DNA of 64,000 bases from Anaeromyxobacteraceae bacterium (lineage in GTDB: Bacteria; Myxococcota; Myxococcia; Myxococcales; Anaeromyxobacteraceae). This document shows positions 1 to 11,200 of this stretch, piece by piece (the first letter of the stretch is position 1; every line of letters starts with the position of its first letter). Location of the stretch: NCBI GenBank assembly GCA_047602405.1, contig JASGHJ010000002.1, positions 768,001-832,000 on the forward strand, read 5' to 3'. Under the pieces are notes generated by a model. It did no database searches. It saw nothing but the letters and a program-made list of their open reading frames with translations, and was not told where the DNA came from. Both the position numbers and the translations under genes were made by a program.

Positions 1-6
1 GCCGCG

Positions 7-900
7 CTAGCCGCGGCGCCGGAAGGCGCGCGGGGAGGCCTGGGCCAGCCGGCGGAAGGTCGCCGAGAAGTGGCTCGGGGTCGAGAACCCCGTCCGGAGC
101 GACACCTCGGTGATCGACAGGGCCGGGTCGAGGAGGAGCTCCTTCGCCCGCGCGATCCGGGCGTCGAGCACGTACCGGTGCGGGCTCGAGCCGGTGAGCT
201 GCTTGAAGGCGCGGGCGAAGCGGAAGACGTCCATCCCGGCGATCCGGGCGAGCTCCGGCAGGGTGAGCGGGTCGGTCAGGTGCGCGCCGATGTGGTCGAT
301 GACCCGGTGGAGCCGCGTGCTCCGGCGGCGCCCGCCGGACGGCGGGTGCGCCGGCCTGCGCCGGCTGCGCTCGCAGAGGTGGCCGACGAGGGCGCTCGCG
401 AGCTGCTCGGCGCGGTGCGAGCCCGTGGTGCCGGCGCGCGCCTCCGCGTCGAGGGCGAGCAGGACGTGCTCGGCGAACTCGTCGCGGGCCGAGAGGGAGG
501 GCTGGAGCGGCTCGAGCCCGGGCGTCGCGGCGACCACCCGCTCCACGAGCTCGGGCGAGAGCTCGACGTACAGGACCTCGCCCGCGCCGTGCATGCGCAC
601 GGAGTGGGGCACGCGCGCGGGCCACACGGCGACCGTACCCCGCGGGCAGACCGCGCGCGCCCACGCGCTGCCGCCCCACTTGACCTCGATGACCCGCTCG
701 CCGGAGAGGGTGAGCGTGACGAGGTGGTTGACGAGGAAGCCTTCGCTGAGCGTGAAGTCCCCGACGTGGAGGCGGGCCGCCCCGACGCCCTTCCACATCC
801 GCGTGAACGCGGGCCGGCCGAACCCCATGTCCGTCGAGTACTCGAGGACGCCCTGGGGCCCCACGCGCGAGAAGAAGGTCTCCCTGGGCGGGCCAGCCAC
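7..900 (-). CDS. AraC family transcriptional regulator
   Basis: C-terminal AraC HTH (LPELARIAGMDVFRFARAFKQLTG...GFSTPSHFSATFRR). Start uncertain: GTG 900 or ATG 828. Confidence 0.85.
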   Translation of the reverse strand: MAGPPRETFFSRVGPQGVLEYSTDMGFGRPAFTRMWKGVGAARLHVGDFTLSEGFLVNHLVTLTLSGERVIEVKWGGSAWARAVCPRGTVAVWPARVPHSVRMHGAGEVLYVELSPELVERVVAATPGLEPLQPSLSARDEFAEHVLLALDAEARAGTTGSHRAEQLASALVGHLCERSRRRPAHPPSGGRRRSTRLHRVIDHIGAHLTDPLTLPELARIAGMDVFRFARAFKQLTGSSPHRYVLDARIARAKELLLDPALSITEVSLRTGFSTPSHFSATFRRLAQASPRAFRRRG

Positions 901-985
901 GAGGGGACCGTAGCGGAGCCCCGATGGGGCGGCAAGCGCGCGTGGCCCCGGGGGTCGGACACGAGGGGTAGGCTCCGGGCGCATG

Positions 986-2915
986 GTGCGTCGTGGAAGC
1001 TGCACCGATCCAGCCGGTGAGAGTCCGGTCCGGGTAATCGCCGGAGAGCCCGGAAGCAGGCACCAGCTTGTCCGGGAGACCGGGCATGCCGAGCGGTGCG
1101 TCGAAAGCCTCACGTACGGAGGAAGCGAAGCGGCGGGCCGCAACAAGGTGAACGCTTCAGCCTCGACAGATCCTCAGCCGAAAGGTGTTCGGGAGCGCCG
1201 AGCCGGTCATGCCACGGCGAAGGCGATGCACAGCGTCCTTGGTCCGGAACGGACGCTGGGGCTCCCCGGGGTAGGGGCGGCGGCACGTCGCGAAGGATCG
1301 GTGTGGAACACGAGAGACCCTCGCCGGCAGCCCGCGTCGGGCAGAGACCGAGCGCATAAGACGGGAGTCGAAAGCGCGAGGAGCCGGAAGGGAGTCCGAG
1401 GGGCCCGTAGTACCGGTGAGGCGCGGGATAACCGCGCGGAGGGAAGGGGCCCTGCTTTGGTCGCGTCGGCACTGGGGGTAAGCGCGAGGGCATGGCCGTG
1501 AGGCCCAACACCCCCATCGACAAAGTGCGAGAACTCCAGCGCCGGCTTTACGTGGCCGCCAAGCGGAGCAGCACGCGGCGCTTTCACGCATTGTACGACC
1601 GGATCTGCAGGGGTGACGTCCTGCGGGAAGCGTGGAAGCGGGTGCGCAGCAACGGAGGCGCGGCAGGGGTGGACGGCGAGTCCATCCGGGCCATCGAGGA
1701 GAGCGGAGTCGAGGCGTTCCTCGAAGGGATCCAGGCCGATCTCCTGGCAGGCGAATACCGTCCCCTCCCGGTGAGGCGGCGGTACATCCCGAAGGCAGAC
1801 GGAAAGCAGCGGCCGCTCGGGATCCCGACGGTGCGGGATCGCGTGGCGCAGATGGCTGCGAAGTTGGTGCTCGAGCCGATCTTCGAGGCCGACTTCCTGT
1901 CGTCGAGCTACGGGTTCCGGCCGAAGCGGAGCGCGACGCAGGCGCTGGAGGCCATCCGCGAGGCTGGCAACCAGGGTCACAACTTCGTGCTCGACGCCGA
2001 CATCAAGGCGTACTTCGACAGCATCGACCAGCAGAAGCTGATGGCGATGGTGGCGGAGCGGATCTCGGACCGCAGGGTGCTGAAGCTCCTGCGGAAGTGG
2101 CTGGAGGCCGGGGTGATGGAGGAGGGCACGGTGAGAAACCCCGTGGCGGGAACGCCACAGGGTGGAGTGATCTCGCCGCTGCTCGCCAACGTCTACCTGC
2201 ACGAGCTCGACCGGATCTGGGCGCAGAGGTGCAAGCACCTCGGCGTCCTGGTGCGGTACGCCGACGACTTCGTCGTGATGTGTGGGACGGAGTCGAAGGT
2301 GAACGAGGCGAGGCGGCGCGTCGAGCTCATCATGGCGCGCCTCGGCCTGACGCTGCACCCGGAGAAGACGCGGATCGTCGATCTGAGGCGAGGAAAGGAA
2401 GGCTTCACCTTCCTCGGGTGCGTGAACCGGAAGCGGCGCAGCATCCAGCGGCGCCCCGACCGGCACTACATGCACCGCTGGCCCTCACCGAAGGCGATGA
2501 CCCGCGTCCGCGAGCGCGTCCACGAGCTGACGGACGTGCGCAGGAGCGGGGCGAAGGACGTGAAGGAGGTCATCGCGTCCGTGAACCCCGTCATCCGGGG
2601 CTGGGCCAACTACTTCCGGACCGGAACAGCGGATCGGGAGTTCAACCGCGTCGACTGGTACGTGCACGAACGGATCACGCGCTGGCTCCATCGGCGCGGT
2701 GGTCAGCGGACTCGCTATCAGTACGAGGCTTGGCCCTTCGAACGTCTCTTCGAGCTTGGCCTGCACCGCTGCATGGGCCGCGTCCGCTACCCCGCGCAAG
2801 CTGCCGCGCGAAGACCATCGTTAAGCCGTGTGCGGGAAACCCGCACGCACGGTTTGAAAGGAGGCCCTGGAACCAGGCTGGCCTAACGGCCGGTACTGCG
2901 CCAGGATCGACCAAT
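986..2915 (+). mobile_element. Group II intron (RT/maturase-encoding, no endonuclease domain)
   Basis: 5' GTGCG at 986; domain V AAGCCGTGTGCGGGAAACCCGCACGCACGGTTT at 2823-2855; domain VI ending ACCAAT at 2915; internal RT ORF. The 3' boundary is 2915 or 2916. Confidence 0.9.
1492..2886 (+). CDS. ltrA: Group II intron reverse transcriptase/maturase
   Basis: [29 protein letters not shown] and X-domain GWANYF motifs; the ORF reads through domain V. Confidence 0.95.
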   Translation: MAVRPNTPIDKVRELQRRLYVAAKRSSTRRFHALYDRICRGDVLREAWKRVRSNGGAAGVDGESIRAIEESGVEAFLEGIQADLLAGEYRPLPVRRRYIPKADGKQRPLGIPTVRDRVAQMAAKLVLEPIFEADFLSSSYGFRPKRSATQALEAIREAGNQGHNFVLDADIKAYFDSIDQQKLMAMVAERISDRRVLKLLRKWLEAGVMEEGTVRNPVAGTPQGGVISPLLANVYLHELDRIWAQRCKHLGVLVRYADDFVVMCGTESKVNEARRRVELIMARLGLTLHPEKTRIVDLRRGKEGFTFLGCVNRKRRSIQRRPDRHYMHRWPSPKAMTRVRERVHELTDVRRSGAKDVKEVIASVNPVIRGWANYFRTGTADREFNRVDWYVHERITRWLHRRGGQRTRYQYEAWPFERLFELGLHRCMGRVRYPAQAAARRPSLSRVRETRTHGLKGGPGTRLA

Positions 2916-3846
2916 GCCGGCTCCCGCATCGCTCGACGATCTCGCGCTCCTCGTGGAGGTCGTGGCCCGGGGCGGCTTCGCGGCCGCCGGCGCCGCGCTC
3001 GGCGTGCGCAAGTCGACCGTGAGCCGCCGCCTCGCGGCGCTCGAGGCGCGGCTCGGGGTGCGGCTCCTCGAGCGCTCGGGGCGGGGCCACCGGCTCACCG
3101 AGGACGGGCGCCGCTACCACCAGGAGGCCGCCCGGATCGTCGCCGAGGCGCGGCGGCTCGACGAGCGCACCGGCGAGGCGCGCGGGGTGCCCCAGGGCAC
3201 GCTCCGCGTCGCGACGCTCGCGCTGCTCGGCGAGCTCCTCGCGCCGGTGCTCGCGGCGCTGCTCCTCAGGCACCCGCGCCTCGCCGTCGAGGTGGCCTTC
3301 GCCGAGCAGCACGTCGACCTCCTCGGCGGCGCGCACGACCTCGCGATCCGCACCGGCCCCCTGCCGGACTCGTCGCTCGTCGCGCGCCGGCTCGGCACGC
3401 TGCGGGCCGGGTGCTACGCGAGCCCGGCGTACCTCGCCCGCGCCGGCACCCCGCGGGCGCCGGGCGAGCTCACCGCGCACGAGGCCGTGCTGCTCGCACC
3501 GGCGGGCAGCGACGAGGTCTGGTTCTTCGGCGAGGGACGCGAAGCCCGGACCGTCCCGGTGGCTGGTCGGCTCCGGGTGGCGAGCCTCCGCGCGGTGCAG
3601 GCCGCGGCCCGGGCCGGGCTCGGCATCGCGCGCCTGCCGGCGTCGCTCGTGGCCGACGACGTCCGGGCCGGGCTCCTCGTGCAGGTGCTCGCGGCCGAGA
3701 CGCCTCCGGGGCTGCCGGTGCTCGCGGTGCTCGCCTCGCGGCAGCCGCCGGCGCGGGTGCGGGCGCTGCTCGAGCTCCTCGCCGAGCGCGGCGCGGCGGT
3801 GCCGTGGGAGCCGGTCGCGGGCCGGTCCCCTGTCCGTTCGTCCTGA
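2914..3846 (+). CDS. LysR family transcriptional regulator
   Basis: N-terminal LysR HTH (GGFAAAGAALGVRKSTVSRRLAALEARLGVRLLER) and substrate-binding domain. Confidence 0.92.
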   Translation: MPAPASLDDLALLVEVVARGGFAAAGAALGVRKSTVSRRLAALEARLGVRLLERSGRGHRLTEDGRRYHQEAARIVAEARRLDERTGEARGVPQGTLRVATLALLGELLAPVLAALLLRHPRLAVEVAFAEQHVDLLGGAHDLAIRTGPLPDSSLVARRLGTLRAGCYASPAYLARAGTPRAPGELTAHEAVLLAPAGSDEVWFFGEGREARTVPVAGRLRVASLRAVQAAARAGLGIARLPASLVADDVRAGLLVQVLAAETPPGLPVLAVLASRQPPARVRALLELLAERGAAVPWEPVAGRSPVRSS

Positions 3847-3868
3847 GCGTGTCGAAGGGCGAACGGAC
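3832..3868. repeat. REP-like palindromic element / possible terminator
   Basis: GTCCGTTCGTCCT-gagcgtgtcga-AGGGCGAACGGAC stem-loop overlapping the LysR stop; related to elements at 14281 and 29281. Confidence 0.65.
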
Positions 3869-3972
3869 CCGGGCCTCCTCCGGAACGGCGCGTTCCGGAG
3901 GAGGGCCTCCCGGGCCACCGGCCGCCCCGCTACACCACCGCCTCACGGGAGGCTGCCATGCGAGACGGCGTG

Positions 3973-4323
3973 ATGACGGACGGTGCGGTGGTGGACGTGA
4001 CCGACGCGACCTTCGCGGAGGTGGTGGAGCGGGCGGGGCTGCCCGTGCTGGTGGACTTCACGGCGGAGTGGTGCGCGCCGTGCCGGGTGCTCGAGCCGGT
4101 GCTCGAGGCGCTCGCGCGGGAGCGGGCCGGGTCGCTCCGCGTCGCGCGCCTCGACGTGGACGTGAACCAGGGGACCTCCGAGCGGTTCGGGGTGCGCTCG
4201 ATGCCGACGCTGCTCCTGTTCAGGGGCGGCCGGGTCGTGCAGCAGGTCGTGGGCGCCGTGTCGCGCGCCCGCCTCGAGAAGCTCCTCGAGGCGGCCGGGG
4301 AGGTGGGCGCCGGAGCGCGTTGA
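3973..4323 (+). CDS. trxA: Thioredoxin
   Basis: VLVDFTAEWCAPC active site and GVRSMPTL. Alternative start at 3958. Confidence 0.9.
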   Translation: MTDGAVVDVTDATFAEVVERAGLPVLVDFTAEWCAPCRVLEPVLEALARERAGSLRVARLDVDVNQGTSERFGVRSMPTLLLFRGGRVVQQVVGAVSRARLEKLLEAAGEVGAGAR

Positions 4324-4378
4324 CCGGCGGGCGGTTGCGGCCTAGCGTCCGGGCGTTCGCCGAAGCCCGGGAGCCGTC

Positions 4379-7300
4379 ATGCACGTCCGCCGCCTCGCCG
4401 TCCTCGCCGCGCCCCTCCTCCTCGCCGCCTGCGGAGGGAGCAAGCCCGTGACCCACGCCACCCCGCTCTCCCTCGACGACCTCGGCGTCGAGGTGACGGC
4501 GGGGGCGAGCCGCGGCTACTTCTTCACCGACAAGGGCGACGCCTACCTGTACGGCGAGGCCGCGGGGCCGCAGGCGGTGAGCTGGCAAGGGTTCAACGTC
4601 CGCGGCTTCACGTTCGTGGACGACTGGCACTGGAGCACGGCCGGCGCGGGCGGGGCGTTCACCGCGCTCGGCTGGAGCCACTTCGCCGGGGCCACGGTCT
4701 TCCCGGACCGGGCCGTGCGCAGGTACGCGGGCGGCCTGTCGGAGACGATCACGGTCGTCGAGGGCAAGCGGGCCCTCCTCGTCGAGCCCGCCGGCGCCGG
4801 GGCGCTCCTCTTCCGGCCGGTCCTCGCCGACTCCACGAAGGCCTCCTCCTACGAGGTGCGGCTCGTCTCGAGCGGCATCGCCATCGCGCGCACGAACCAC
4901 CTCACCCAGAACGGCCCGAACGACTGGCCGGTCTGGCTCGTCGCGAAGGCGGCGGGCTCCACCGGCTCCACGGAGGGCCTGCTGGTCGACGGCGGGGGCC
5001 TGAAGCCGAAGCTGTTCTCGCCGGCCTCCCTCCTGCTCGCCGCTCCGGCCCCGGTCGCGCTCGCGGTGGGCGAGACGCTCGCCGAGGCGGAGGCCGCCGC
5101 CGACGCGGTGCTCGCCGGCGCCGCGGCCGCGAAGGCCGCCCGACGCGATCGCCTCGCGGCGCTGCTCGAGGAGGGCTGGGTGCGCACCGGCGACCCGGCG
5201 TTCGACCGCGCCGCGGCCTGGATCCGCCTCTCCATGGACGCGCTCGTCATGGACCAGCAGGGGAAGGGGATCTTCGCGGGCCTGCCCTGGTTCAACAACT
5301 ACTGGGGGCGCGACACGTTCATCACGCTCGCGGGCTCGCACCTCGCGACCGGGCGCTGGGAGGAGGCGGAGGAGATCCTCTCGGCGTTCGCGGCCCACCA
5401 GGACGTGGACGACGCCTCCGCCACCTATGGCCGCATCCCGAACCAGGTGAGCCTCTCCGGCGTCTCCTACAACACCGCCGACGGCACGCCCTGGTTCGTC
5501 GTGCAGGCCGCCGCCACGCTCGATCGCACCGGCGACGCGGCCTTCGCCGCCGAGATCTGGCCGGTGGTCGAGCGCGCGACCGCGGGCGCGCTGCGCCACG
5601 TGGACGCGCAGGGCTTCCTCCTGCACGGCGACCAGGAGACCTGGATGGACGCCACCGGGCCGGACGGTCCGTACACGCCCCGCGGCTCCCGGGCGGTCGA
5701 GATCCAGGGGCTCTTCCACCGGCAGCTCGTCGCCTCTGCGGCGATCGCCGATCGCGTGGGCGCCGCGGCCGAGGCGGCCGCGTGGCGCGCCGCCGACGCG
5801 AAGCTCGTGGCGGCGTTCCTGCCCGCCTACACGGACCCGGCGCGGCTCACGCTCCTCGACCGGCTCCGCGCGGACGGCAGCGCCGACGCGCAGGTCCGGC
5901 CGAACCAGCTCATCGCGCTGCGGGCGATGCAGGACGTCCTGCCGGCCGGGACCGTGCGGAGCATGGCGCGCGGCGCGGCGGAGCGGCTCGGCTACCCGCA
6001 CGGCGTCGCGTCGCTCTGGCCGGCGGACCCGGCGTTCCACCCGTACCACCTGCTGCCCGGCTACTACCCGAAGGACGCCGCGTACCACAACGGCGTGGTC
6101 TGGTGCTGGCTGTCGGGGCCGCTCGTCTCGCTGATGGCCGGCGAGGGCGCGGCGGAGAAGGCCTACGAGCAGCTCCGGTCGCTCGGCGGGCTCGCGCTCG
6201 AGCGCGCCACCATCGGCACGCTCCCGGAGCTCCTCGACGCGCTGCCGCGCCTCGCCGCGGGCAGCCAGCCGCCCGCGCTCGGCGACGGGGAGCCCGAGCC
6301 CGCGGGGACGCCGTTCCAGGCGTGGTCGCACGGGGAGTACCTCCGGAACGTCTGGGAGGACCTCGTCGGCGTGAGGTACGCGAGCCCGGCGCGCGTCACC
6401 CTCGCGCCGCACCTCCCCGCCGCGTGGGGCGTCACGACCGCGCGCTTCCGGATGGGGGACGGCGCGGTGGTCGCGACGCTCACGCCCGGCGCGGGGTCGC
6501 TCGCGGTGGAGCTCACCGGGGAGGGTGCGCTGCCGGCCGGGGCGACCGTGACGATCGAGGCCCTCGGCGCCTCGCGCGAGGTCGCGGTCGCGAGGGGCAA
6601 GACCGCGAGGGCGAAGCTCGGCGGCGCCGGGGCGGCCACGGGCTGGGAGGGCTTCACCTGGCACGACGTCGAGCTCCCGCTGAACCTCCCGGCGCTGCAG
6701 CTCCCCGGGTTCGTGGTGCTCGACCGCGCCGTCATCAAGGCGCCCGCGGAGGCGGGCGCGACCACCCGGCTGGCGCTGAGCGACCCCGCGGGCGACGACA
6801 CCGGGCCGGCGGGCATGAGCTACACGTACCCCACCGACGTCCACTTCCAGCCCGGGATCCTCGACCTCACCGGCTTCGAGCTCCGCGAGGACTCGAGCGC
6901 GTTCCACGTGGCGCTCGACTTCGCGAACCTGGTGCAGCCGGGCTGGAACCCCCAGGACGGCTTCCAGCTCACCTACGCCGCGATCGTGTTCGACACGGGC
7001 ACGGCCGCCTCGGTCGGCACCGTGGTCGCGCACAAGTCGGGCTACACGCTGCCCGCCGGCTCCGGCTACGAGTTCGCGATCTACGTCGGGGCCGGGCTCG
7101 AGGTCGCCGACGCGGCGGGGGCCGTGCTCGCGACGTACGTGCCGGCGGGCGGCGACGTCGTCGACCCGCTCGGCTCCGCCGACACCCGCCGCGTCTCCTT
7201 CCGGCTCCCGAAGACCGTCATCCCGGCGCTGCCGGCGGGCACGAAGGTGACGCTGCTCGTCGGGAGCCAGGACGACTACGGCAACGGGAGCATGGGCGAC

Positions 7301-7399
7301 TTCCGTGCGGTGGCGATCGAGGCAGGGCAGTGGACCGGCGGCGGCAACACCGCGAGCGGCCCGTTCTTCTACGACCTCGCCGCCGGGATCCTGCAGTAG
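4379..7399 (+). CDS. Lipoprotein amylo-alpha-1,6-glucosidase-like glycoside hydrolase with C-terminal glucodextranase/DOMON-like domain
   Basis: Lipobox LLAAC; AGLPWF..WGRD, TWMD, YHNG.VW.WL and PFQAWS motifs; C-terminal DPAGDD.GP..Y.YPT. Confidence 0.8.
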   Translation: MHVRRLAVLAAPLLLAACGGSKPVTHATPLSLDDLGVEVTAGASRGYFFTDKGDAYLYGEAAGPQAVSWQGFNVRGFTFVDDWHWSTAGAGGAFTALGWSHFAGATVFPDRAVRRYAGGLSETITVVEGKRALLVEPAGAGALLFRPVLADSTKASSYEVRLVSSGIAIARTNHLTQNGPNDWPVWLVAKAAGSTGSTEGLLVDGGGLKPKLFSPASLLLAAPAPVALAVGETLAEAEAAADAVLAGAAAAKAARRDRLAALLEEGWVRTGDPAFDRAAAWIRLSMDALVMDQQGKGIFAGLPWFNNYWGRDTFITLAGSHLATGRWEEAEEILSAFAAHQDVDDASATYGRIPNQVSLSGVSYNTADGTPWFVVQAAATLDRTGDAAFAAEIWPVVERATAGALRHVDAQGFLLHGDQETWMDATGPDGPYTPRGSRAVEIQGLFHRQLVASAAIADRVGAAAEAAAWRAADAKLVAAFLPAYTDPARLTLLDRLRADGSADAQVRPNQLIALRAMQDVLPAGTVRSMARGAAERLGYPHGVASLWPADPAFHPYHLLPGYYPKDAAYHNGVVWCWLSGPLVSLMAGEGAAEKAYEQLRSLGGLALERATIGTLPELLDALPRLAAGSQPPALGDGEPEPAGTPFQAWSHGEYLRNVWEDLVGVRYASPARVTLAPHLPAAWGVTTARFRMGDGAVVATLTPGAGSLAVELTGEGALPAGATVTIEALGASREVAVARGKTARAKLGGAGAATGWEGFTWHDVELPLNLPALQLPGFVVLDRAVIKAPAEAGATTRLALSDPAGDDTGPAGMSYTYPTDVHFQPGILDLTGFELREDSSAFHVALDFANLVQPGWNPQDGFQLTYAAIVFDTGTAASVGTVVAHKSGYTLPAGSGYEFAIYVGAGLEVADAAGAVLATYVPAGGDVVDPLGSADTRRVSFRLPKTVIPALPAGTKVTLLVGSQDDYGNGSMGDFRAVAIEAGQWTGGGNTASGPFFYDLAAGILQ

Positions 7400-7433
7400 G
7401 GCCCGCGTCAGCCCTGCACGCTAGTTCAGGGGT

Positions 7434-8273
7434 GTGCGGCTCCTCTTCCTCTCGGACACCCACGCCGGCCTCGACCTCTCGCCGCGCCCGCGGGGACGGC
7501 GGCCGCCCGGCGCCGACCGCCACCTCGAGCGCCTCTGGCGCGCGCTCGCGCCGGCGCGGGCGGGAGAGGTCGACGCCGTGCTGCACGGGGGCGACCTCCT
7601 CTACCGGAGCAAGGTGCCCGCCTGGCTCGCCGAGGCCGCGCTCGCGCCGCTCCGCGAGGTCGCGAACCTCGGCGTGCCGGTGCTCCTCGTGCCCGGCAAC
7701 CACGAGCGCGGCCGCGTGCCATACCCGCTCCTCGCCCGCCACGAGCGCCTGCTCGTGTTCGACCGGCCGCGCACCTTCACGATCGAGGCGGGCGGCCTGC
7801 GGGCGGCGTTCGGCGGCTTCCCGTACGCCCAGGCCGTGCGGGCGCGCTTCCCGGCGCTCCTCGACGAGACGGGGCTCGCCGGGGCGGAGGCGGACGTCCG
7901 GCTCCTCTGCCTCCACCACTGCGTCGAGGGGGCGACCTGCGGCCCGGGCGACTTCACGTTCACGGTGGGCGACGACGTCGTCCGCCGGCGCGACCTGCCG
8001 GCGTGGGCGGCCGCGGTGCTCTCGGGCCACATCCATCGCTGCCAGGTGCTGCCGGGCGAGCCGCCGGTCGTCTACGCGGGATCGACCGAGCGCACCTCCC
8101 GCGCCGAGGCGGACGAGCCCAAGGGCGTCCTCACGCTCCGCGTCGGCCGGCGCGGCGTGGACGCGATCGCGTTCTCTCCGTTCCCGGACGCCGCCGCCGC
8201 CGACCCGGCGGCGTTGCCCCCGGGCGAGGGGGTCCTCACCGTTCGGTCACCATGGCAAGACTCCCCGTCCTGA
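7434..8273 (+). CDS. Calcineurin-like metallophosphoesterase (SbcD-like)
   Basis: SDTH, GGDL, PGNHE and GHIH motifs. Confidence 0.8.
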   Translation: MRLLFLSDTHAGLDLSPRPRGRRPPGADRHLERLWRALAPARAGEVDAVLHGGDLLYRSKVPAWLAEAALAPLREVANLGVPVLLVPGNHERGRVPYPLLARHERLLVFDRPRTFTIEAGGLRAAFGGFPYAQAVRARFPALLDETGLAGAEADVRLLCLHHCVEGATCGPGDFTFTVGDDVVRRRDLPAWAAAVLSGHIHRCQVLPGEPPVVYAGSTERTSRAEADEPKGVLTLRVGRRGVDAIAFSPFPDAAAADPAALPPGEGVLTVRSPWQDSPS

Positions 8274-11200
8274 GCGCGTGGCCGGTCGCGCGGCAGCTCA
8301 CCTCGCGCGACACGGCCGGGCTCGGCGCGACCGCCGCGAGCGACCGCACCCGCGACCTCCGCCCCCGCACCGAGACCGCCGACCGCGTCGCGCGGTCCAT
8401 CTGCCCTTACTGCGCGGTCGGCTGCGGGCAGCTCGTCTACGTGAAGGACGAGCGCATCGTGGACATCGAGGGCGACCCCGACTCGCCGATCTCGCAGGGC
8501 TGCCTCTGCCCGAAGGGCGCCGCGACGTTCCAGCTCGTCACGGGCTCGCACCGCACGAAGGAGGTCCTGTACCGTCGGCCGGGCGGCACCGCGTGGGAGA
8601 CGCTCCCGCTCGAGCGGGCCATGGACATGGTCGCCGAGCGCGTGAAGCGGGCGCGCGACGCGCACTGGGAGGAGCGGGTCGAGGACCCGGCCGGCCGCCA
8701 CCACGGCCAGCGCGTGCGGCGCACCCTGTCGATGGCGCACCTCGGCGGCGCGACCCTCGACAACGAGGAGAACTACCTCCTCAAGAAGCTCTACACCGCG
8801 CTCGGCATCGTGCAGGTGGAGAACCAGGCCCGGATCTGACACAGCTCCACGGTCCCCGGTCTGGGGATCTCGTTCGGACGCGGCGGCGCCACCACGTTCC
8901 AGCAGGACCTCCAGAACGCGGACTGGATCGTGATCCAGGGGTCCAACATGGCCGAGGCCCACCCGGTGGGCTTCCGCTGGGTCATGGAGGCGAAGAGCCG
9001 CGGCGCGACGATCATCCACGTCGACCCGCGCTTCTCCCGCACGAGCGCGGTCGCGGACCTCCACGTGCCGCTCCGAACCGGCACCGACGTGCTGTTCCTC
9101 GGCGCGATCGTCCGGCACGCGCTCGAGACCGGGCAGTTCTTCAAGGAGTACGTCCTCGAGTACACGAACGCCGCCACGATCGTGGACGAGGAGTTCAGGG
9201 ACACCGAGGACCTCGACGGCCTCTTCAGCGGCTACGACCGGGAGCAGCAGAACTACTGCTGGGAGAGCTGGCGCTACGACGGCGTGGGTGGGGTCGTGCC
9301 CGCGGCCGGCCACAAGGAGGCGGTCACCGGGCACCCCACCGCGGGCGGCGGCCCCGCCGACGCGGCGCACATGCGCGCGCGGAAGACCGATCCGACGCTC
9401 GAGCACCCGCGCTGCGTGTTCCAGCTCCTCCGGAAGCACTTCGCGCGCTACACGCCGGAGCTCGTCGAGCGCACGTGCGGCGTCCCGCGCGCGCAGTTCC
9501 TCCAGGTGGCCGAGACGCTCTGCAAGAACTCCGGGCGCGAGCGCACCGGCGCGTTCTGCTACGCGGTCGGCTGGACGCAGCACTCCATCGGCGTGCAGTA
9601 CATCCGCACCGCCGCGATCCTCCAGCTCCTCCTCGGCAACATGGGCCGCCCGGGCGGCGGGATCATGGCCCTGCGCGGGCACGCGTCGATCCAGGGCTCG
9701 ACGGACATCCCGACGCTCTACGATTCTGTTGCCCGGGTACCTGCCGATGCCGCACGCGGTGCTGCCCGACCGCGGCTTCGAGCAGTACGTGAAGAACAAC
9801 CGCTCCCCGACCGGCTGGTGGAGCGAGTTCCCGAAGTACGCGGTCTCGCTCATGAAGGCCTGGTTCGGCGCGGCCGCCACCCGCGAGAACGGGTGGATGT
9901 TCGACGCCCTGCCGCGCCTCACCGGCAACCACTCGCACATGACGACGGTCGGCGAGATGGCCGACGGCAACGTCGAGGGGTACCTCGTCCTGGGCGAGAA
10001 CCCGACCGTCGGCTCGATGCAGGGCGCGCTGCACAGGAAGGGGCTGCGCGCCGCGAAGTGGGTGGTGATCCGCGACTTCGCGCCGACCGAGACCGCCGAG
10101 TTCTGGCGGGTGGCGCCGGAGATCGCGCGCGGCGAGGTCCGCACCGAGGACATCGAGACCGAGGTCTTCTTCTTCCCGGCGGCGACGCACGTCGAGAAGG
10201 AGGGCACCTTCACGAACACGCAGCGGCTGCTCCAGTTCCGCGAGCGCGCCGTGGAGCCGCCCGGCGACTGCCGCAGCGACCTCTGGTTCGTCTACCACCT
10301 CGGCCGGCGGCTGAAGGCGCTCTACGCCGGCTCCGCCGACGAGCGCGACGCAGGGCTCGCGGCGCTCACCTGGGACTACCGGACCCGCGGCCCGCAGGCG
10401 GAGCCCGACGCCGAGGAGGTGCTCCGGGAGATCAACGGCTTCACCGTCGCGGACGGGAAGCCGGTGCCCGGCTTCGCGCAGCTGAAGGACGACGGCTCGA
10501 CGGCGTGCGGATGCTGGATTTACTCGGGCTGCTACGCGAACGGCGTGAACCAGGCCGCGCGCCGCAAGCCCGCGCGCGAGCAGACCTGGGTCGCGCCGGA
10601 GTGGGGCTGGGCCTGGCCCGCCAACCGGCGCCTCCTCTACAGCCGCGCCTCCGCGGATCCCGACGGGAAGCCATGGTCGGAGCGCAAGCGCTACGTCTGG
10701 TGGGACGAGGGCCAGCGGCGCTGGACCGGCTTCGACGTGCCGGACTTCATCGCCGATCGCCCCCCGTCCTACCGCCCGCCGGAGGACGCGGAGGGCACCG
10801 CCACCATCGGCGGCACCGATCCGTTCATCATGCAGGCCGACGGCAAGGGCTGGCTCTACGCGCCCTCCGGGCTCCTCGACGGGCCGCTGCCCACGCACTA
10901 CGAGCCGGTCGAGTCGGCGATGAAGAACCCGCTCTACGGGCAGCAGTGCAACCCGGCCCGGCTCGAGTGGGACCGCCCCGACAACCCGTACCACCAGCCG
11001 TGGGCCGACCCGCGCTTCCCGCACGTGCTGACGACGTACCGCCTCACCGAGCACCACACCGCGGGGGGGATGTCACGCTGGCTGACCTGGCTCTCGGAGC
11101 TCCAGCCGGAGATGTTCTGCGAGGTCTCGCCGGAGCTCGCGGGCGAGCGCGGGCTCGAGCACGGCGGCTGGGCGACGATCTCCACCGCGCGCGGGGACAT

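Noticed and set aside
986..2915. Retron, DGR or defence-associated RT
   Set aside because: The GTGCG start, domains V/VI and maturase X domain identify a group II intron.
5782..9792. Very long alternative-frame ORFs (also 23895-27578 and 33734-38059)
   Set aside because: Arg/Gly/Ala/Pro-rich shadow ORFs expected at this GC content, overlapping well-supported genes.
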